Part shown: positions 10,954 through 22,526 of the stretch, one piece after another
Numbering within the stretch: the stretch's first letter is position 1
Layout of the letters: every line of letters starts with the position of its first letter
Assembly (NCBI GenBank): GCA_963833985.1
Contig: CAWIAD010000001.1
Location: forward strand, 704,001 to 768,000
From: an uncultured Planctomycetaceae bacterium
GTDB taxonomy: Bacteria > Planctomycetota > Planctomycetia > Isosphaerales > Isosphaeraceae
Length of the DNA stretch: 64,000 nucleotides
Reading direction: 5' to 3'
Translations under genes and position numbers: made by a program
The notes under the pieces: generated by a model
Database searches by the model: none
Told to the model about the DNA's origin: nothing
What the model saw: the letters and a program-made list of their open reading frames with translations, nothing else

Positions 10954-12243
10954 ATGAAAACGATCAAGCTGACGCTCGACTACGGACGTACGGGAATGAA
11001 CGTGGAGCTCCCGGCGGAGCGGCTGGTCGGGCCGCTGACCATCCGCGACGTCTCTCCCCTGGATCATCCCGAGAAGGCCGTGGCCCGGGCGCTCGAGCAG
11101 CCGATCGACGCCCCACCCCTGCGCGGGCTGGCGAAGGCTCGGCAAAGCGTATGCATCCTCATTTGCGACATCACACGGCCCGTGCCAAACCAGACGATCC
11201 TCACTCCCATGCTCCGGGTTTTGCATGAAGCCGGGATCGTGCGCGAACAGGTGCTGATTTTGGTCGCGACCGGGTTGCACAGGCCGAGCACGCTGGCCGA
11301 GAAGAGAGAGATGCTCGGTGCGGAGATCGCCTCGGGCTATCGCGTGCAGGACCATCACGGCACGCAGCTCGAGGAGCACACGCTCATCGGCAGCACCCCG
11401 CGCGGGATTCCGGCATGGATTGACTCGCGGTATCTCCAGGCCGATCTGAAGATCGCCACGGGGCTGGTCGAGCCCCATCTCATGGCCGGCTATTCGGGGG
11501 GCCGCAAGCTCATCTGCCCCGGCATCGCGTCGATCGAGACAGTCCAACGCTGGCACAGTCCCGAGTTGCTGGCGCATCCGCGGGCGGAATGCGGCATCCT
11601 GGAGGGCAACCCGGTGCACGAGGAGAATACCCGGATCGCACGCATGGCCGGCTGCGATTTCATCGTGAATGTGACGATCGACAGCCATCGGAGAATCACC
11701 TCCGTGGCGGCCGGCGACATGGAGCGCGCGTTCATGGCCGCGGTCCGGTTCGTCGAGGGAGTCGTCCGTGCGCCGATCACCCGTCCGGTCGATATCGTGG
11801 TCACCAGCTCCGCCGGCTACCCGCTGGACACCACGTTCTACCAGTCCGTCAAGGGTTTGGCCGGATGCCTGCCAATCGTCAAGGAGGGCGGGACGATCAT
11901 CATGGCCGCCAGCCTGTCCGAAGGGATCGGCAGCCCCGAGCTCCAGTCAATCTTCCGCGAGATCCCCTCCCTCGAGTTCTTCGTCGAGCGCATCCTGGAC
12001 CGCGACTACTTCGTCATGGACCAGTGGCAGGTGCAAGAGCTGGCCAAGGTGCGCCGCAAGGCCCGGGTGAAGATTGTCACGGACGGGCTCTCGCCCGAGG
12101 TTCTCGGCCAGTGCTTCGTGGAGCATGCCCCGAGTGTGGAAAAGGCCCTCGATGAATCGCTGGCGGAATACGGCCCGGGCGCCACGATCGCCGTGATTCC
12201 CAAGGGCCCTTACGTCCTGCCTACCCTCGTCGACGCTGGATGA
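10954..12243 (+). CDS. larA: Nickel-pincer-dependent lactate racemase LarA family protein
   Basis: [41 protein letters not shown] motifs. Confidence 0.88.
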   Translation: MKTIKLTLDYGRTGMNVELPAERLVGPLTIRDVSPLDHPEKAVARALEQPIDAPPLRGLAKARQSVCILICDITRPVPNQTILTPMLRVLHEAGIVREQVLILVATGLHRPSTLAEKREMLGAEIASGYRVQDHHGTQLEEHTLIGSTPRGIPAWIDSRYLQADLKIATGLVEPHLMAGYSGGRKLICPGIASIETVQRWHSPELLAHPRAECGILEGNPVHEENTRIARMAGCDFIVNVTIDSHRRITSVAAGDMERAFMAAVRFVEGVVRAPITRPVDIVVTSSAGYPLDTTFYQSVKGLAGCLPIVKEGGTIIMAASLSEGIGSPELQSIFREIPSLEFFVERILDRDYFVMDQWQVQELAKVRRKARVKIVTDGLSPEVLGQCFVEHAPSVEKALDESLAEYGPGATIAVIPKGPYVLPTLVDAG

Positions 12244-12293
12244 AACCCGTCATGGGGGCTTGCGCCGGGTCCGTCCGGACAGGAAGAACCAGC

Positions 12294-15200
12294 CTATTGG
12301 GGCACCCGCTCGTCACGGTGCTTGAGCAGGAAGCTGAGCAGATCGTTGAGCTCCGGCACCGGAATCTGGTCGGCCATATTGGCCGGCATGGGTGAGATCT
12401 GGGCCGTGGATCGCTCTTCCACGGATGCTCTGGGTACCCGCAGTTCCTTCCCCTGAGCATCGGCGAGTACGAGCACCTGGCCCTCCTCTCGCAGCAGCAG
12501 GCCCGAGACGACCTGGCCGCTCTGAAGGGCCAGGCTGGTCACGCGGAAGCTCTGATCGACGTTGCGATTGGGGTCGAGGATGTCCTCCAGCAGGCGATCC
12601 AGGCCTCGGCTGCCGATCCCGTCGAGCTGGGGACCGACCCGGGCGCCCTTGCCTTCAAGCTGGTGGCAGATGGCGCAGTTTTTCTCGAAGACCCGGGCGC
12701 CGCGGGCGGGATCGCGAGCATCCCTCAGGTAAGCCGCTCTGCGCTCGCCCATGAGCTCCTTGACCTTCTGGTCAGCGGGCGGCAGACCCTTCAGCAACGC
12801 CGCAAGCCGATCGGAGAGGCGGGCGATGCCGGCATTCTCGAGGCCGATGACCACGCGCCGTTCCTGAAGCAGGCGTGGAGATCCCTTACCGGATTCGATC
12901 GCCCCGAGCAGCGCCTCGGCGCCGGCACGGCGCCTGGCCAGCGCCGCGGCCATTGTGGACTGGAGCCGCTCGGGGGTGGAGGGCAAGGCCGCGAGGATGG
13001 CGTCCAGCGCCTCGGGCCGTTCCAGGTTCGCCAGCGTGATCGCGGCCCTCTCGCGCAGGCCCATCGCGAGCGCGCTGTCGCCCAGCAGCCCGCCGAGCCA
13101 GGCGACACCGGCCGCCGGATCAACGGCCGCCACGGCGGCCAGCGCCTCGTTGCGCCGGGTCTCGGGAGCACTCTCACGGCCGGCGAGCTGTTTCAGGGCG
13201 GGGACCAGCTCTTTGAGCTGAAAGTCGCGGATGGACTCGATCCCCAGCGCCAGCTCCTCGTCATCACGCGACGACAGGAGCTGCTGGCAGAGACGGCTGC
13301 CGGCGGCGCGGATCTCCGCATCAAGCGGTTCGCCACGTTCCTGGGAGCCCTGCTGGATCGTGCGGTACAGGGCAAGGCGATCGGCGGGGCGGTGGTCGGC
13401 GGTCTCGACGAGCCGCTTCAGCCGGGATATGGCTTTCTTGCCGGCGTATCGGGCGATGTGATGCACGAAACGTTGCAGGTCCTCCCTCCCAGGTTCGGAT
13501 TGCGCTTCGAGATACGACAGCAGATAGTCGGCGGCAGCATGCGAACTCACTCCGGTGGATACGTCGGCCAGGCACGCGCGGTCCCGGTCGCTCAGGTCGA
13601 GATGGGCGAGCTTCGCCCATCCCGCGGGTGTCGTGAGCTGATCGCGCAGGGCCATCCGCACGACGTGGATGAGCTGGGTGTCATCGCCCAAGGACTCGTG
13701 CCTGAGCAACAGCAAGGGGCGGATGTTTTCCGGTTGCGGGTGGGCGCCCAGCGCCGCGGCCGCGGCACGGCGAACGAACGGGTCCTCGTGCGCCAGAGCC
13801 TCGAGCGCCAGTTCGTGCAGTGTGCCGGACAGGGTGGGGCGCTGGCCGAGGATGTTCATCACATGCACCAGTGTCATGCGATCAGCATGCTTGCGGGCAC
13901 AGTCGGCGAGGAGCTTCTCATCAAGTTGTCCCAGCCGGTGCAGCACCCAGAGCGCATGAACCCTGGAAAAAGGCCCGGCTGATGCTCCGGGGACATTGCG
14001 AAGCGCCGCTGCCACCTCCGGGCCGCCTCGTGCCGCAAGCTGGTTCGAGGCCGAGATGCGCACGGCCAGGTTGGGATGGTTCAGGTCGTCGACCAGTTCG
14101 GCAAGCGTGCTCCTGGTCCGATCGGTGCGGCCCGGAACCGGCGGCGGAGCCGTGTCCTTGCCCCGGTAGACGATCCGCCAGATCCGCCCGCTGGTGCGGT
14201 CGCGGCCGGGGTGAGTCAGGGGGACCTCGTAGTGGCCGATGATCCGGTTGTAGAAATCGGCGACATAGAGTGCTCCGTCGGGCCCGAGCTCGATGTCGAC
14301 GGGCCGGAACCAGTTGTCCTCGCTCCAGACGAAATCGGGCTGCTCGGTTCCCCGAGGTGTCGAGCCGTGCCAGGTGATCCGGTCGTGATTGATACGGTTG
14401 GTGACGACGTTGCCCACGAAGATCGTGTCGCGATACGGCTCGGGAAACTGGTCGGCCGCGTAGTAAGAAATGCCCGCGATCCCGGTCGAGCCATGGTCGT
14501 AGTTCACCATCTCGGGCCCGAAGCCCAGGCCGTCGTCGGGCTTGCCAAAGCTGGGATACCAGGCGCCTCGCAGCAATTGGTAGACCGGCCTGCTGTGGCA
14601 GTCGCACGAGTAGAGGTTCCCGAGCGGATCGAAGCAGAGCCCGAACGGGTTCACCTGGCCGTGGCTGAAGTATTCGGCGTGCGAGCCGTCGGGCTGCATC
14701 CGGTAGGTGTTCCCCGAGTTCATCGTGATGGGGCGTTTGTCCTTGCCCGCAACCGTCGAGTCATTGGCATATCCGTGGCACGCGTAGACCCAGCCGTCGA
14801 AACCCCAGGTAAAGGCGTTGGTCATACCGTGCGTGTCCCTGTGGCCGAAAACGCCGTACACCACATCGCGCGCATCGGCCTGGCCGTCACCATCGGTGTC
14901 GCGGACGAGGAAGATGTCCGGGATGCTGTGCACCAGGGCAGCCGAGGCGGAGGGAAGGGGAAGCAAGCCGATGGGGATGTTCAGTCCGTCGGCGAAGGTC
15001 TTGACCGAGCGGGCCCTGCCATCCGGCGCGAAGTCGGAGAGGATCTTGACCGTGTCACGAGGCCGCTTGCCCGGCTCTGCCGGATAGGGGTATTCGACCG
15101 TATCGGTGACCCAGAGCCGGCCGCGGTCGTCGAAGGCCAGGTTGAGCGGCTTCTGGATCTCCGGCTCGGCGGCCACAAGCTGGATCTCGAATCCAGGCGG

Positions 15201-15356
15201 TACGTGAAGGGCCTTCTGCTCCTCGCGCGGCGATCGATGCGGCAACGTCGAGACGTTCTCCACCGGTGCTGGCTTCTGGGCGCGTGCGTCGCAGCAGATC
15301 GTCAAGAGCAGGGCGGCAACCAAGAGCCCTGACCGCAACAGAAGGTATCTGGGCAT
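12294..15356 (-). CDS. PVC-type heme-binding CxxCH membrane dehydrogenase-like protein
   Basis: PPGFEIQLVAAEP, FRPVDIELGPDGALYVADFYN, HEAT-like repeats, CAICH, GPQLDGIG. Confidence 0.93.
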   Translation of the reverse strand: MPRYLLLRSGLLVAALLLTICCDARAQKPAPVENVSTLPHRSPREEQKALHVPPGFEIQLVAAEPEIQKPLNLAFDDRGRLWVTDTVEYPYPAEPGKRPRDTVKILSDFAPDGRARSVKTFADGLNIPIGLLPLPSASAALVHSIPDIFLVRDTDGDGQADARDVVYGVFGHRDTHGMTNAFTWGFDGWVYACHGYANDSTVAGKDKRPITMNSGNTYRMQPDGSHAEYFSHGQVNPFGLCFDPLGNLYSCDCHSRPVYQLLRGAWYPSFGKPDDGLGFGPEMVNYDHGSTGIAGISYYAADQFPEPYRDTIFVGNVVTNRINHDRITWHGSTPRGTEQPDFVWSEDNWFRPVDIELGPDGALYVADFYNRIIGHYEVPLTHPGRDRTSGRIWRIVYRGKDTAPPPVPGRTDRTRSTLAELVDDLNHPNLAVRISASNQLAARGGPEVAAALRNVPGASAGPFSRVHALWVLHRLGQLDEKLLADCARKHADRMTLVHVMNILGQRPTLSGTLHELALEALAHEDPFVRRAAAAALGAHPQPENIRPLLLLRHESLGDDTQLIHVVRMALRDQLTTPAGWAKLAHLDLSDRDRACLADVSTGVSSHAAADYLLSYLEAQSEPGREDLQRFVHHIARYAGKKAISRLKRLVETADHRPADRLALYRTIQQGSQERGEPLDAEIRAAGSRLCQQLLSSRDDEELALGIESIRDFQLKELVPALKQLAGRESAPETRRNEALAAVAAVDPAAGVAWLGGLLGDSALAMGLRERAAITLANLERPEALDAILAALPSTPERLQSTMAAALARRRAGAEALLGAIESGKGSPRLLQERRVVIGLENAGIARLSDRLAALLKGLPPADQKVKELMGERRAAYLRDARDPARGARVFEKNCAICHQLEGKGARVGPQLDGIGSRGLDRLLEDILDPNRNVDQSFRVTSLALQSGQVVSGLLLREEGQVLVLADAQGKELRVPRASVEERSTAQISPMPANMADQIPVPELNDLLSFLLKHRDERVPQ

Positions 15357-15582
15357 GAAGAGACTCCGCACGAGGAGGGAAAAGGTCACGCGATCCCACC
15401 ATTCGAAAATGGACAGGAGTTGGCCTGGCAACGTCGATACCGCGACAGCGTTCCACCTAATTAGCTCCCCGTAAGAGGGAAAGTGTGGAACGGCCGCCCT
15501 CGGCCGTCCTGAGCCAGCCGAGGGCGGCTGGCCCACATTCCAAGAGGCGAGGATCTATTTAGCTTCCAGTGCGATTCATTCA

Positions 15583-16463
15583 TCACGGCGTCGTGGGTTT
15601 AACAAGCTTGGACTTGCGGATCTGCTCGGGTTTTGTCGGTTCCAGGGCCTCTTCCTCGGCCTCGCGCACCGTCTCCGCGGGGAATTTGCCAAGGATCGAG
15701 CTGTTCCGCGCGCGATCTCCTCGCGGAGCAGGGGAGACCGGGCCACCGCTTTCGCCTGAGCCTTCTGGAGCTGGGCCAGCAAGCTGGGGTGCAATTCATG
15801 GGCACCCGCCGGGGCGCTGCTCAGGACTTCCAGGGCGGTGATGGGATGGATCTCCCAGGCGGTTGCCCGCACGTTGTGCGCACCACCGGGGTTGGTGTTC
15901 TCGGAGATATTCACATGAATGGAATCAAAGAATAGCCAGCCCGTGATCCGGACCCACGTCCCCACAATTCCATTGGCGCTGTCCTGGCCCTGGAGCGCCT
16001 TTGTGGACCAGTCCACGCCCATGGACGCCATCTGCTTGCGGAGCCGCGGGGTGATCTCCATGACGACACGCTGGTTCGGGGGTGCATCCGCGGAGAGCGC
16101 GACCTCGATATGGGTGTCCTCGTCGATGGGATCGGTCGCCTTGCAGTTGCAGCTCTCGGCCGATCCCGACTTCACGCGGATGACGATGCCCTCGATCGTC
16201 GCCCCCTTGGTGGCGTCGAACCGGCCCATGTCGTTGCCCGGAGCGAGGATGGCCGCCAGGGTCACGTCCGGGTCAATATCGCCGGCCGCCGGGCCGGTCG
16301 GCCTGTTCTTCTGAAGGTCCAGGGCAATCAGTTCCGGGTTGGGGTTACTCCCCTGGGGCGGGCAGGGAGTCCCGTTGGCCAGGGTGTACACGTTATCGTT
16401 CCCGGTCTGCTGTCCGAACGTCAGGGCGGCGAGCGTTGTGGCGATCCAACCGATCCATCTCAT
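15583..16463 (-). CDS. Secreted hypothetical protein (frameshift near C-terminus ~15710)
   Basis: Signal peptide; ESCNC..DTHI, MEITPR, GWLFFDSIH, WEIHP motifs; GC3-rich codons continue in shifted frame to TGA at 15583. Confidence 0.75.
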
Positions 16464-16739
16464 GGCTTGCCTCTTCGAGAAGGAGAATCGGGTCAGGCTA
16501 CGTGTGCGCCTCGATCTTAACGACAGTTTGCCCTGAAATCATGGGCTGCCGGAATGCGGGCGAGCGTGTGGGCCCCCGGACGCGGCTCGCGCGGCTGCGT
16601 CGAGACGGGCTGCGCGGGCGTCGTGCATTCCCTGGCCTGGCGAATCGCCGGCCGGTTGCCGTTGACCGGGATCGCCGGATCACTACAATTTGCCTCAAGT
16701 CGTCGTTTCTCAAATGGTTTGATCGAGCAAGGCGGGGTG

Positions 16740-18245
16740 ATGGCGGACGAGCCGCGGGAGAGCCTGGAAGCCGTTCGTCTGGACAAGATGCGGCGAATCG
16801 CGGCGCTCGGGCTCGACCCCTGGGGTCAGCGGTTCGACGGCCATCAGGCGATCGCCTCGGCACGCGCGCTGCCCGTGCCGAAGGCGGGCGAGGGCGAGCC
16901 AGCCGAGACCGGCCCCGCCGTGCGCGTGGCCGGGCGCATCGTGCTCAAGCGCGGGCAGGGCAAGGTGGTCTTCGTCGACCTCCGCGACTGGACCGAAAGC
17001 ATCCAGGTCTTCATCGGCAAGAAGCAGGTTGGCGACGCGGGCTGGAGCCTGGCCGAGCTGCTGGACCTGGGCGACCTGATCGGCGTGTACGGCACGCTGG
17101 GATACACCAGGACCGGTGAGCTGACCATCTTCGCCACCGAGCTGACGTTTCTTGCCAAGAGCCTGCTTCCACCCCCCGAGAAATGGCACGGGCTGACCGA
17201 CCTGGAGCAGCGCTATCGGCGGCGGTACGTCGACCTGTTCACCAATCCCGAATCGCTGGAGACCTTCCTGGGCCGCTCACGGATCATCACGGCATTCCGC
17301 AAGATCATGGCGGAACGGGGTTTCATCGAAGTCGAGACGCCCACGATGCAGGCGATCGCCGGCGGCGCGGCCGCCCGGCCCTTCGTCACGCACCACAACA
17401 CGCTGGATATTGATCTGTTCCTGCGGATTGCGCCGGAGCTGTATCTCAAGCGGCTCCTGGTCGGGGGCATGGAGCGGGTCTTCGAGATCGGCCGGGTTTA
17501 TCGTAATGAAGGGATCAGCCCCAAGCACAATCCCGAATTCACCATGCTCGAGGCGTACCAGTCGTACGGCGACTATCACGCGATGATGGACCTGACCGAG
17601 GCCCTCGTCTGCGGCGCAATCGACGCGCTGGGGGGCGGTTTCCAGCGTCCCTGGGGTGAAAAAACGATCGACTTCACGCCGCCGTGGCCCCGGCGGACCT
17701 ATGCCGAACTGCTGGCCGAGCACGCCGGCGTGGACCCGGCGGAGTTCGGCTCCATCAAGTCTCGGGCCGAGGCGCAGGGGCTGGCCACGGCGGGCAAGGA
17801 TCGCGATGTCGTGGCCAGCGAACTGTTCGAGGAAGTGGTCGAGGAGCGGCTGAGCGGGCCGGTGTTCGTCATCGACTATCCCGCGGCGATCTGCCCGTTG
17901 ACCAAGCGGAAGCCCGCCAACCCGGCGGTGGCCGAGCGGTTCGAGCTGTTCATCGACGGCATGGAGCTGGCCAACGCCTACACGGAACTGAACGACCCCC
18001 TGCTGCAAGAGCAGCTCTTCCGCAGCCAGCTCGCGGGACTGCCCGCGGACGAGTCGATGGCCCGGATGGACGACGACTTCGTGCGAGCGCTCAAGCATGC
18101 GATGCCTCCGGCCGGCGGACTGGGCGTCGGTGTCGACCGACTCTGCATGCTGCTTCTGAACCGTCCCAGCATCCGCGACGTGATCCTGTTTCCGCTCATG
18201 CGTCCGCAGGCGGCCGGCAGCGCGAATCCGGAAGATTCGGGTTGA
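16740..18245 (+). CDS. lysS: Lysine--tRNA ligase (class II)
   Basis: PPEKWHGL, YRRRYVDL, GGAAARPF, LRIAPELYLKRL, HNPEFTMLE, ANAYTELNDP, RDVILFP. Confidence 0.98.
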   Translation: MADEPRESLEAVRLDKMRRIAALGLDPWGQRFDGHQAIASARALPVPKAGEGEPAETGPAVRVAGRIVLKRGQGKVVFVDLRDWTESIQVFIGKKQVGDAGWSLAELLDLGDLIGVYGTLGYTRTGELTIFATELTFLAKSLLPPPEKWHGLTDLEQRYRRRYVDLFTNPESLETFLGRSRIITAFRKIMAERGFIEVETPTMQAIAGGAAARPFVTHHNTLDIDLFLRIAPELYLKRLLVGGMERVFEIGRVYRNEGISPKHNPEFTMLEAYQSYGDYHAMMDLTEALVCGAIDALGGGFQRPWGEKTIDFTPPWPRRTYAELLAEHAGVDPAEFGSIKSRAEAQGLATAGKDRDVVASELFEEVVEERLSGPVFVIDYPAAICPLTKRKPANPAVAERFELFIDGMELANAYTELNDPLLQEQLFRSQLAGLPADESMARMDDDFVRALKHAMPPAGGLGVGVDRLCMLLLNRPSIRDVILFPLMRPQAAGSANPEDSG

Positions 18246-18287
18246 GAATCGACCCGACGGGACCAGACCAGGGAAGGAGTGGTCGAG

Positions 18288-19693
18288 GTGTACAAGTACC
18301 TGCTTTGCTGGCGCGTATCTGCGCCACCCGCTACATCGCGCTGGCCAGTGTGATCAGCGTGATGCTCGGCGTGGCCACGATGATCGTGGTCAACTCGGTG
18401 ATGGCCGGGTTCTCGGACAAGATGCGGGACCGGCTGCACGGCGTCCTGGCCGACATGGTGGTGGAGTCGGCCTCGATGGACGGCTTCGACCATTTCGAGG
18501 AGGTGATGGCCCGGGTGCGTGAGGCCGGCGGCGACGACGTGCTGGCCATGGCTCCCACCATGGAAACCCCCGGCATTCTCAAGTACCGCGTCGGCGGCGG
18601 TTCCATGACGCGCACGGTGCAGATCATCGGCGTGGATCCCCGCCAGCGCGCACTCACCGGCGACTTCGCCGAGTTCCTCTTCGACGAGACGGGGCAGAAG
18701 GTTGAGCCGTCGTTCCAGGTGGCCGAAGCGCTCAAGGATAGCTCGCCGGCCGGGAGTCGCCTCAAGGAGCTGGAAGGCGAGCCCGCGGACGAATTCACCA
18801 AGGCCATGAGGGAGCATCTGGAAGCGCAGAAGCGCGAGCAGGTCCCCGACCAGGGGGCGATCATCGGCTACGCGCTGGGAACCTGGCACCCGGGTAAAGG
18901 CCACGATGACGTCTATCTGGCTCACCTGGGCACCAAGATCAGCCTGGCATTCCCCAAGTCCGGGCGGAAGCCCGAGGCCGGGTTCGACGAGTTCTCGGTC
19001 GTCGGCTTCTTCAAGAGCGGCATGAGCGAGTACGATTCGATGCACGTCTACGTGCCGCTCGAGCAGCTTCAGAAGTCACGTGATCTCCGGGGGGCGGTGA
19101 ACCAGATCCAGATCAAGGCGAAGGCGGGAACCGACCTGGACCAGCTTGCCGACCGCCTGCAACTGGGGCTGGACCGGCTGCGGCCGATGTTCTTCAAGGT
19201 CTGGACCTGGGAGCAGAAGCAGGGTCCCTTGCTGGGTGCGGTGGCCATCGAGCAGAGCATCCTCAACATCCTGCTGTTCATGATCATCGCGGTCGCGGGG
19301 TTCGGCATCCTGGCGATCTTCTCGATGATCGTGGTCGAGAAGACGCGCGACATCGGCGTGATGAAGGCGCTGGGGGCCTCCACCAGCGGCATCCGGGGGA
19401 TCTTCCTGGGCTACGGCCTGCTCTTAGGCGCGGTGGGGAGCGGCGTGGGCATGATTGGCGGCCTGCTCTTCGTCCGGTACATCAACCCCATCGAACGCGG
19501 ATTGAGCTGGGTCATGGGACGCAAGGTCTTTGACGACTCGATCTACTATTTCGACAAGATCCCCACGCTCGTGGACCCTCACACGCTGATCGGAATCGTC
19601 TGCGGTGCGCTCCTGATCGCCGTGCTGGCCAGCGTCTGGCCGGCCCAGCGCGCGGCCCGGCTGCACCCCGTGAAGGCCTTGCGGTTCGAGTGA
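18288..19693 (+). CDS. lolC: Lipoprotein-releasing ABC transporter permease LolC/E (two extra bases near 18313-18324)
   Basis: GTG-YKYLLCWR then RYIALASVISVMLGVATMIVVNSVMAGF; VVEKTRDIGVMKALGA; AARLHPVKALRFE. Confidence 0.85.
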
Positions 19694-19759
19694 CGGGCGG
19701 CTCGGCAAGAGGAGTCTGTCGGGCAGAGCACTTCGGTTCTTGCAGGGAAGGCGGGGACG

Positions 19760-20470
19760 ATGGCCAGTCATATCGCGGCGGTCGAGTTGCACAAGAGCTA
19801 CTGGAAGGGGCGGAACGAGGTTCCGGTCCTGCGGGGCGTGGACGTTTCGGCCGAGCAGGGCGAGCTGGTCGCGGTGGTGGGTGCCAGCGGCTCCGGGAAG
19901 AGCACGCTGCTGCACATCCTGGGTCTGCTCGACGCTCCTGATGGCGGCACCGTCGAGGTGGACGGGAAGCGGATCGACAACCGCCCGGAGCGGCACCGTG
20001 ACCTGATGCGGAACCGGCTATTCGGCTTCATCTTCCAGTTCTACCATCTGCTTCCCGAGCTGACGGCGCTCGAAAACGTGATGATGCCGGAGCTCATCCG
20101 CCAGGGCCTCTGGTCGTACTGGAAGGAACGCCGGCGGATCCGCCGCGAGGCGACCGATCTATTGCACCGGGTGGGTCTGGGGCACCGGCTCGACCATCTT
20201 CCCGCGGAGCTTTCCGGCGGCGAGATGCAGCGTGCCGCGATCGCCCGGGCGCTGGCGGGCCGGCCGACGATCCTGCTGGCGGACGAGCCGACGGGCAACC
20301 TGGACGCCGCCAGCGGCCAGGGCGTGCTGGAACTGCTGCGCGACTTGAACCGCGAGCGCCAGCTCACTATGATACTCGTTACGCATGATCAGCACATAGC
20401 CCAGCAGGCCGACCGGGTCGTTCGGCTCGCCGAGGGGCGAATCGAGGAGTGGGCACCCGCGCTGCTGTGA
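19760..20470 (+). CDS. lolD: Lipoprotein-releasing ABC transporter ATP-binding protein
   Basis: [36 protein letters not shown]; follows lolC/E. Confidence 0.9.
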   Translation: MASHIAAVELHKSYWKGRNEVPVLRGVDVSAEQGELVAVVGASGSGKSTLLHILGLLDAPDGGTVEVDGKRIDNRPERHRDLMRNRLFGFIFQFYHLLPELTALENVMMPELIRQGLWSYWKERRRIRREATDLLHRVGLGHRLDHLPAELSGGEMQRAAIARALAGRPTILLADEPTGNLDAASGQGVLELLRDLNRERQLTMILVTHDQHIAQQADRVVRLAEGRIEEWAPALL

Positions 20471-20530
20471 GGACGTCTGGCCAGCGCGGGGCCGCGGCAT
20501 CGGCTGTGCGTCATGGCTGGAGGGCGGCCG

Positions 20531-21394
20531 ATGAGCACCAAGGTCTACATCAGCGGGAAACTCTACGCCAAGCAGGACGCCAAGGTGAGCGTCTTCGATC
20601 ACGGACTGCTCTACGGCGACGGAGTGTTCGAGGGCATCCGGGCGTACTCCGGCAGGGTTTTCCGGCTCCAGCAGCACGTCGATCGGCTCTACGATTCGGC
20701 GGCGGCAATCTTCCTGCAAATTCCCATGGCCCGTGATGAGATGTCCCGGGCAATCGTGGACACGCTCAGCGCCAACTCCCTGTCCGACGCCTACATCCGG
20801 GTCATCATCACGCGCGGCGCGGGGGGATTGGGCCTCGACCCGAGGAAGACCACTGATCCCCAGGTGATCATCATCACCGACCAGATCAGCCTCTATCCCG
20901 AGGAGCTGTACGATCACGGTTTGAAGATCATCACGGCCGGCACGACGCGGAATCACCCCAACGCCCTGAACCCGCGAATCAAGTCGCTCAACTATCTGAA
21001 TAACATCATGGGCAAGATCGAGGCGACCAACTCCGGCTGCCTGGAAGCCCTCATGCTGAACACGAAGGGCGAGGTCGCCGAGTGCACCGGCGACAACATC
21101 TTCATCGTGAAACGCGGCGTGATCCACACGCCCTCGATCGATTCGGGCATCCTGGAAGGGATCACGCGGAACGCCGTGATCGAGCTGGCGCGGCTTGCCG
21201 GCCACACCGTGGTGGAACGCACGATGGACCGTCTTGACGTTTACACGGCCGACGAGTGTTTCTTGACCGGCACGGCGGCCGAGTTGATTCCGGTGGTGGA
21301 ATGCGATGGCCGGGTGCTGGGTTCGGGCCGGCCCGGATCGATCACCCGCGACCTCCGCCAGCGATTCGCTCGCCTGGTCCGTGAAGAGCGCTAG
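20531..21394 (+). CDS. ilvE: Branched-chain amino acid aminotransferase
   Basis: DHGLLYGDGVFEGIRAY, KSLNYLNN, ILEGITR, FLTGTAAE. Confidence 0.96.
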   Translation: MSTKVYISGKLYAKQDAKVSVFDHGLLYGDGVFEGIRAYSGRVFRLQQHVDRLYDSAAAIFLQIPMARDEMSRAIVDTLSANSLSDAYIRVIITRGAGGLGLDPRKTTDPQVIIITDQISLYPEELYDHGLKIITAGTTRNHPNALNPRIKSLNYLNNIMGKIEATNSGCLEALMLNTKGEVAECTGDNIFIVKRGVIHTPSIDSGILEGITRNAVIELARLAGHTVVERTMDRLDVYTADECFLTGTAAELIPVVECDGRVLGSGRPGSITRDLRQRFARLVREER

Positions 21395-21422
21395 CGGCTG
21401 CTTGCCTGAGGAGATCCCTCGC

Positions 21423-21900
21423 GTGATCGAGATCCAGCGGCTGCTCGCCCCGACCGACTTCAGCGCTCACTCGCAGCGGGCTGTCCGCTTCGCCTGCTCG
21501 CTGGCTCAGCGCCTCGGCGGCAGCTCCATCTCGTGAACGTCCTCTCCGAGATCATTCCCGCCGGGCCTGATCCGTTACTCATGCCGGTGATGCCCCCGCA
21601 GTTCTACAAGGAGAACGAGGACCGCGCCGGGACACACTCGAGACGTTCATCCAGCCGTCCTGGGGCACCCCCCGCAGCATTCTCACGGCCGTGCGCTGGG
21701 GAAGCCCTGTCGAGGCGATCGTCGATTACGCCCAGGAACAGCAGATCGACATGATCGTCATCGCCACGCACGGCCGCACGGGCCTCAGCCACGTCCTGCT
21801 TGGCTCGGTCGCCGAGCGGATTGTCCGGGAGGCGAACTGCCCGGTCCTCACCATCCGCGATCCCCGGCGGCCCGCGCCGGCCGGCAACCCAGGAGCATGA
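21423..21900 (+). CDS. Universal stress protein (frameshifted, probably sequencing error)
   Basis: LLAPTDFS...; GSPVEAIVDYA..DMIVIATHGRTGLSHVLLGSVAERIVR..CPVLTI, spread over three frames. Confidence 0.85.
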
Positions 21901-22454
21901 CTCTGGTGGACCCGACCCCGTCCCAGCCCGTGCGGCGGATCGTGTTCCGGGGATCGAAGATCGATCTGGCCTTGCAGTCGGTGGTCCTCGCCGACGGCAG
22001 CCTGGCCGAGCGCGAGGTGGTCGTCCACCGCGGTGCCGTTGCCCTGGTGCCCCTGGTCGACCGGGATCACGTCTGCCTGGTGAAGAACCATCGCTACGCC
22101 GTGGGGGCGACTCTCCTCGAAGTGCCCGCCGGCACGATCGATGAGGGCGAGACGCCCGAGCAGACCGCGCACCGCGAGCTGGCCGAGGAGACCGGCTTTC
22201 GCGCAGGCGGCCTTACATATCTGCGCGACTGGTACGTCTCTCCCGGCGTCATGACCGAGCGGATGTACCTGTTCGTGTGCGAGCAGCTACAAGCTGGCCC
22301 CACCGACCACCAGCCGGACGAGAGGCTGGAGACGGTGATTCTTCCCTGGTACGATGCGCTCGCCATGGCGCACGACGGCCGGATCAAGGACGCCAAGTCC
22401 ATGCTCGCTCTGTTCCTCTGCGAGGCGTGGCTGCGAAGTGGCCGGGGCCGCTGA
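21897..22454 (+). CDS. NUDIX hydrolase (ADP-ribose pyrophosphatase-like)
   Basis: EVPAGTIDEGETPEQTAHRELAEETG Nudix box; SPG; IKDAKS. Confidence 0.93.
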   Translation: MTLVDPTPSQPVRRIVFRGSKIDLALQSVVLADGSLAEREVVVHRGAVALVPLVDRDHVCLVKNHRYAVGATLLEVPAGTIDEGETPEQTAHRELAEETGFRAGGLTYLRDWYVSPGVMTERMYLFVCEQLQAGPTDHQPDERLETVILPWYDALAMAHDGRIKDAKSMLALFLCEAWLRSGRGR

Positions 22455-22526
22455 TCGAGCGCATCGAACTCTGCCGTGCCGACGGTTTTACTCGGAATCC
22501 ACACATCGAAGGGACATCGCTCAACC

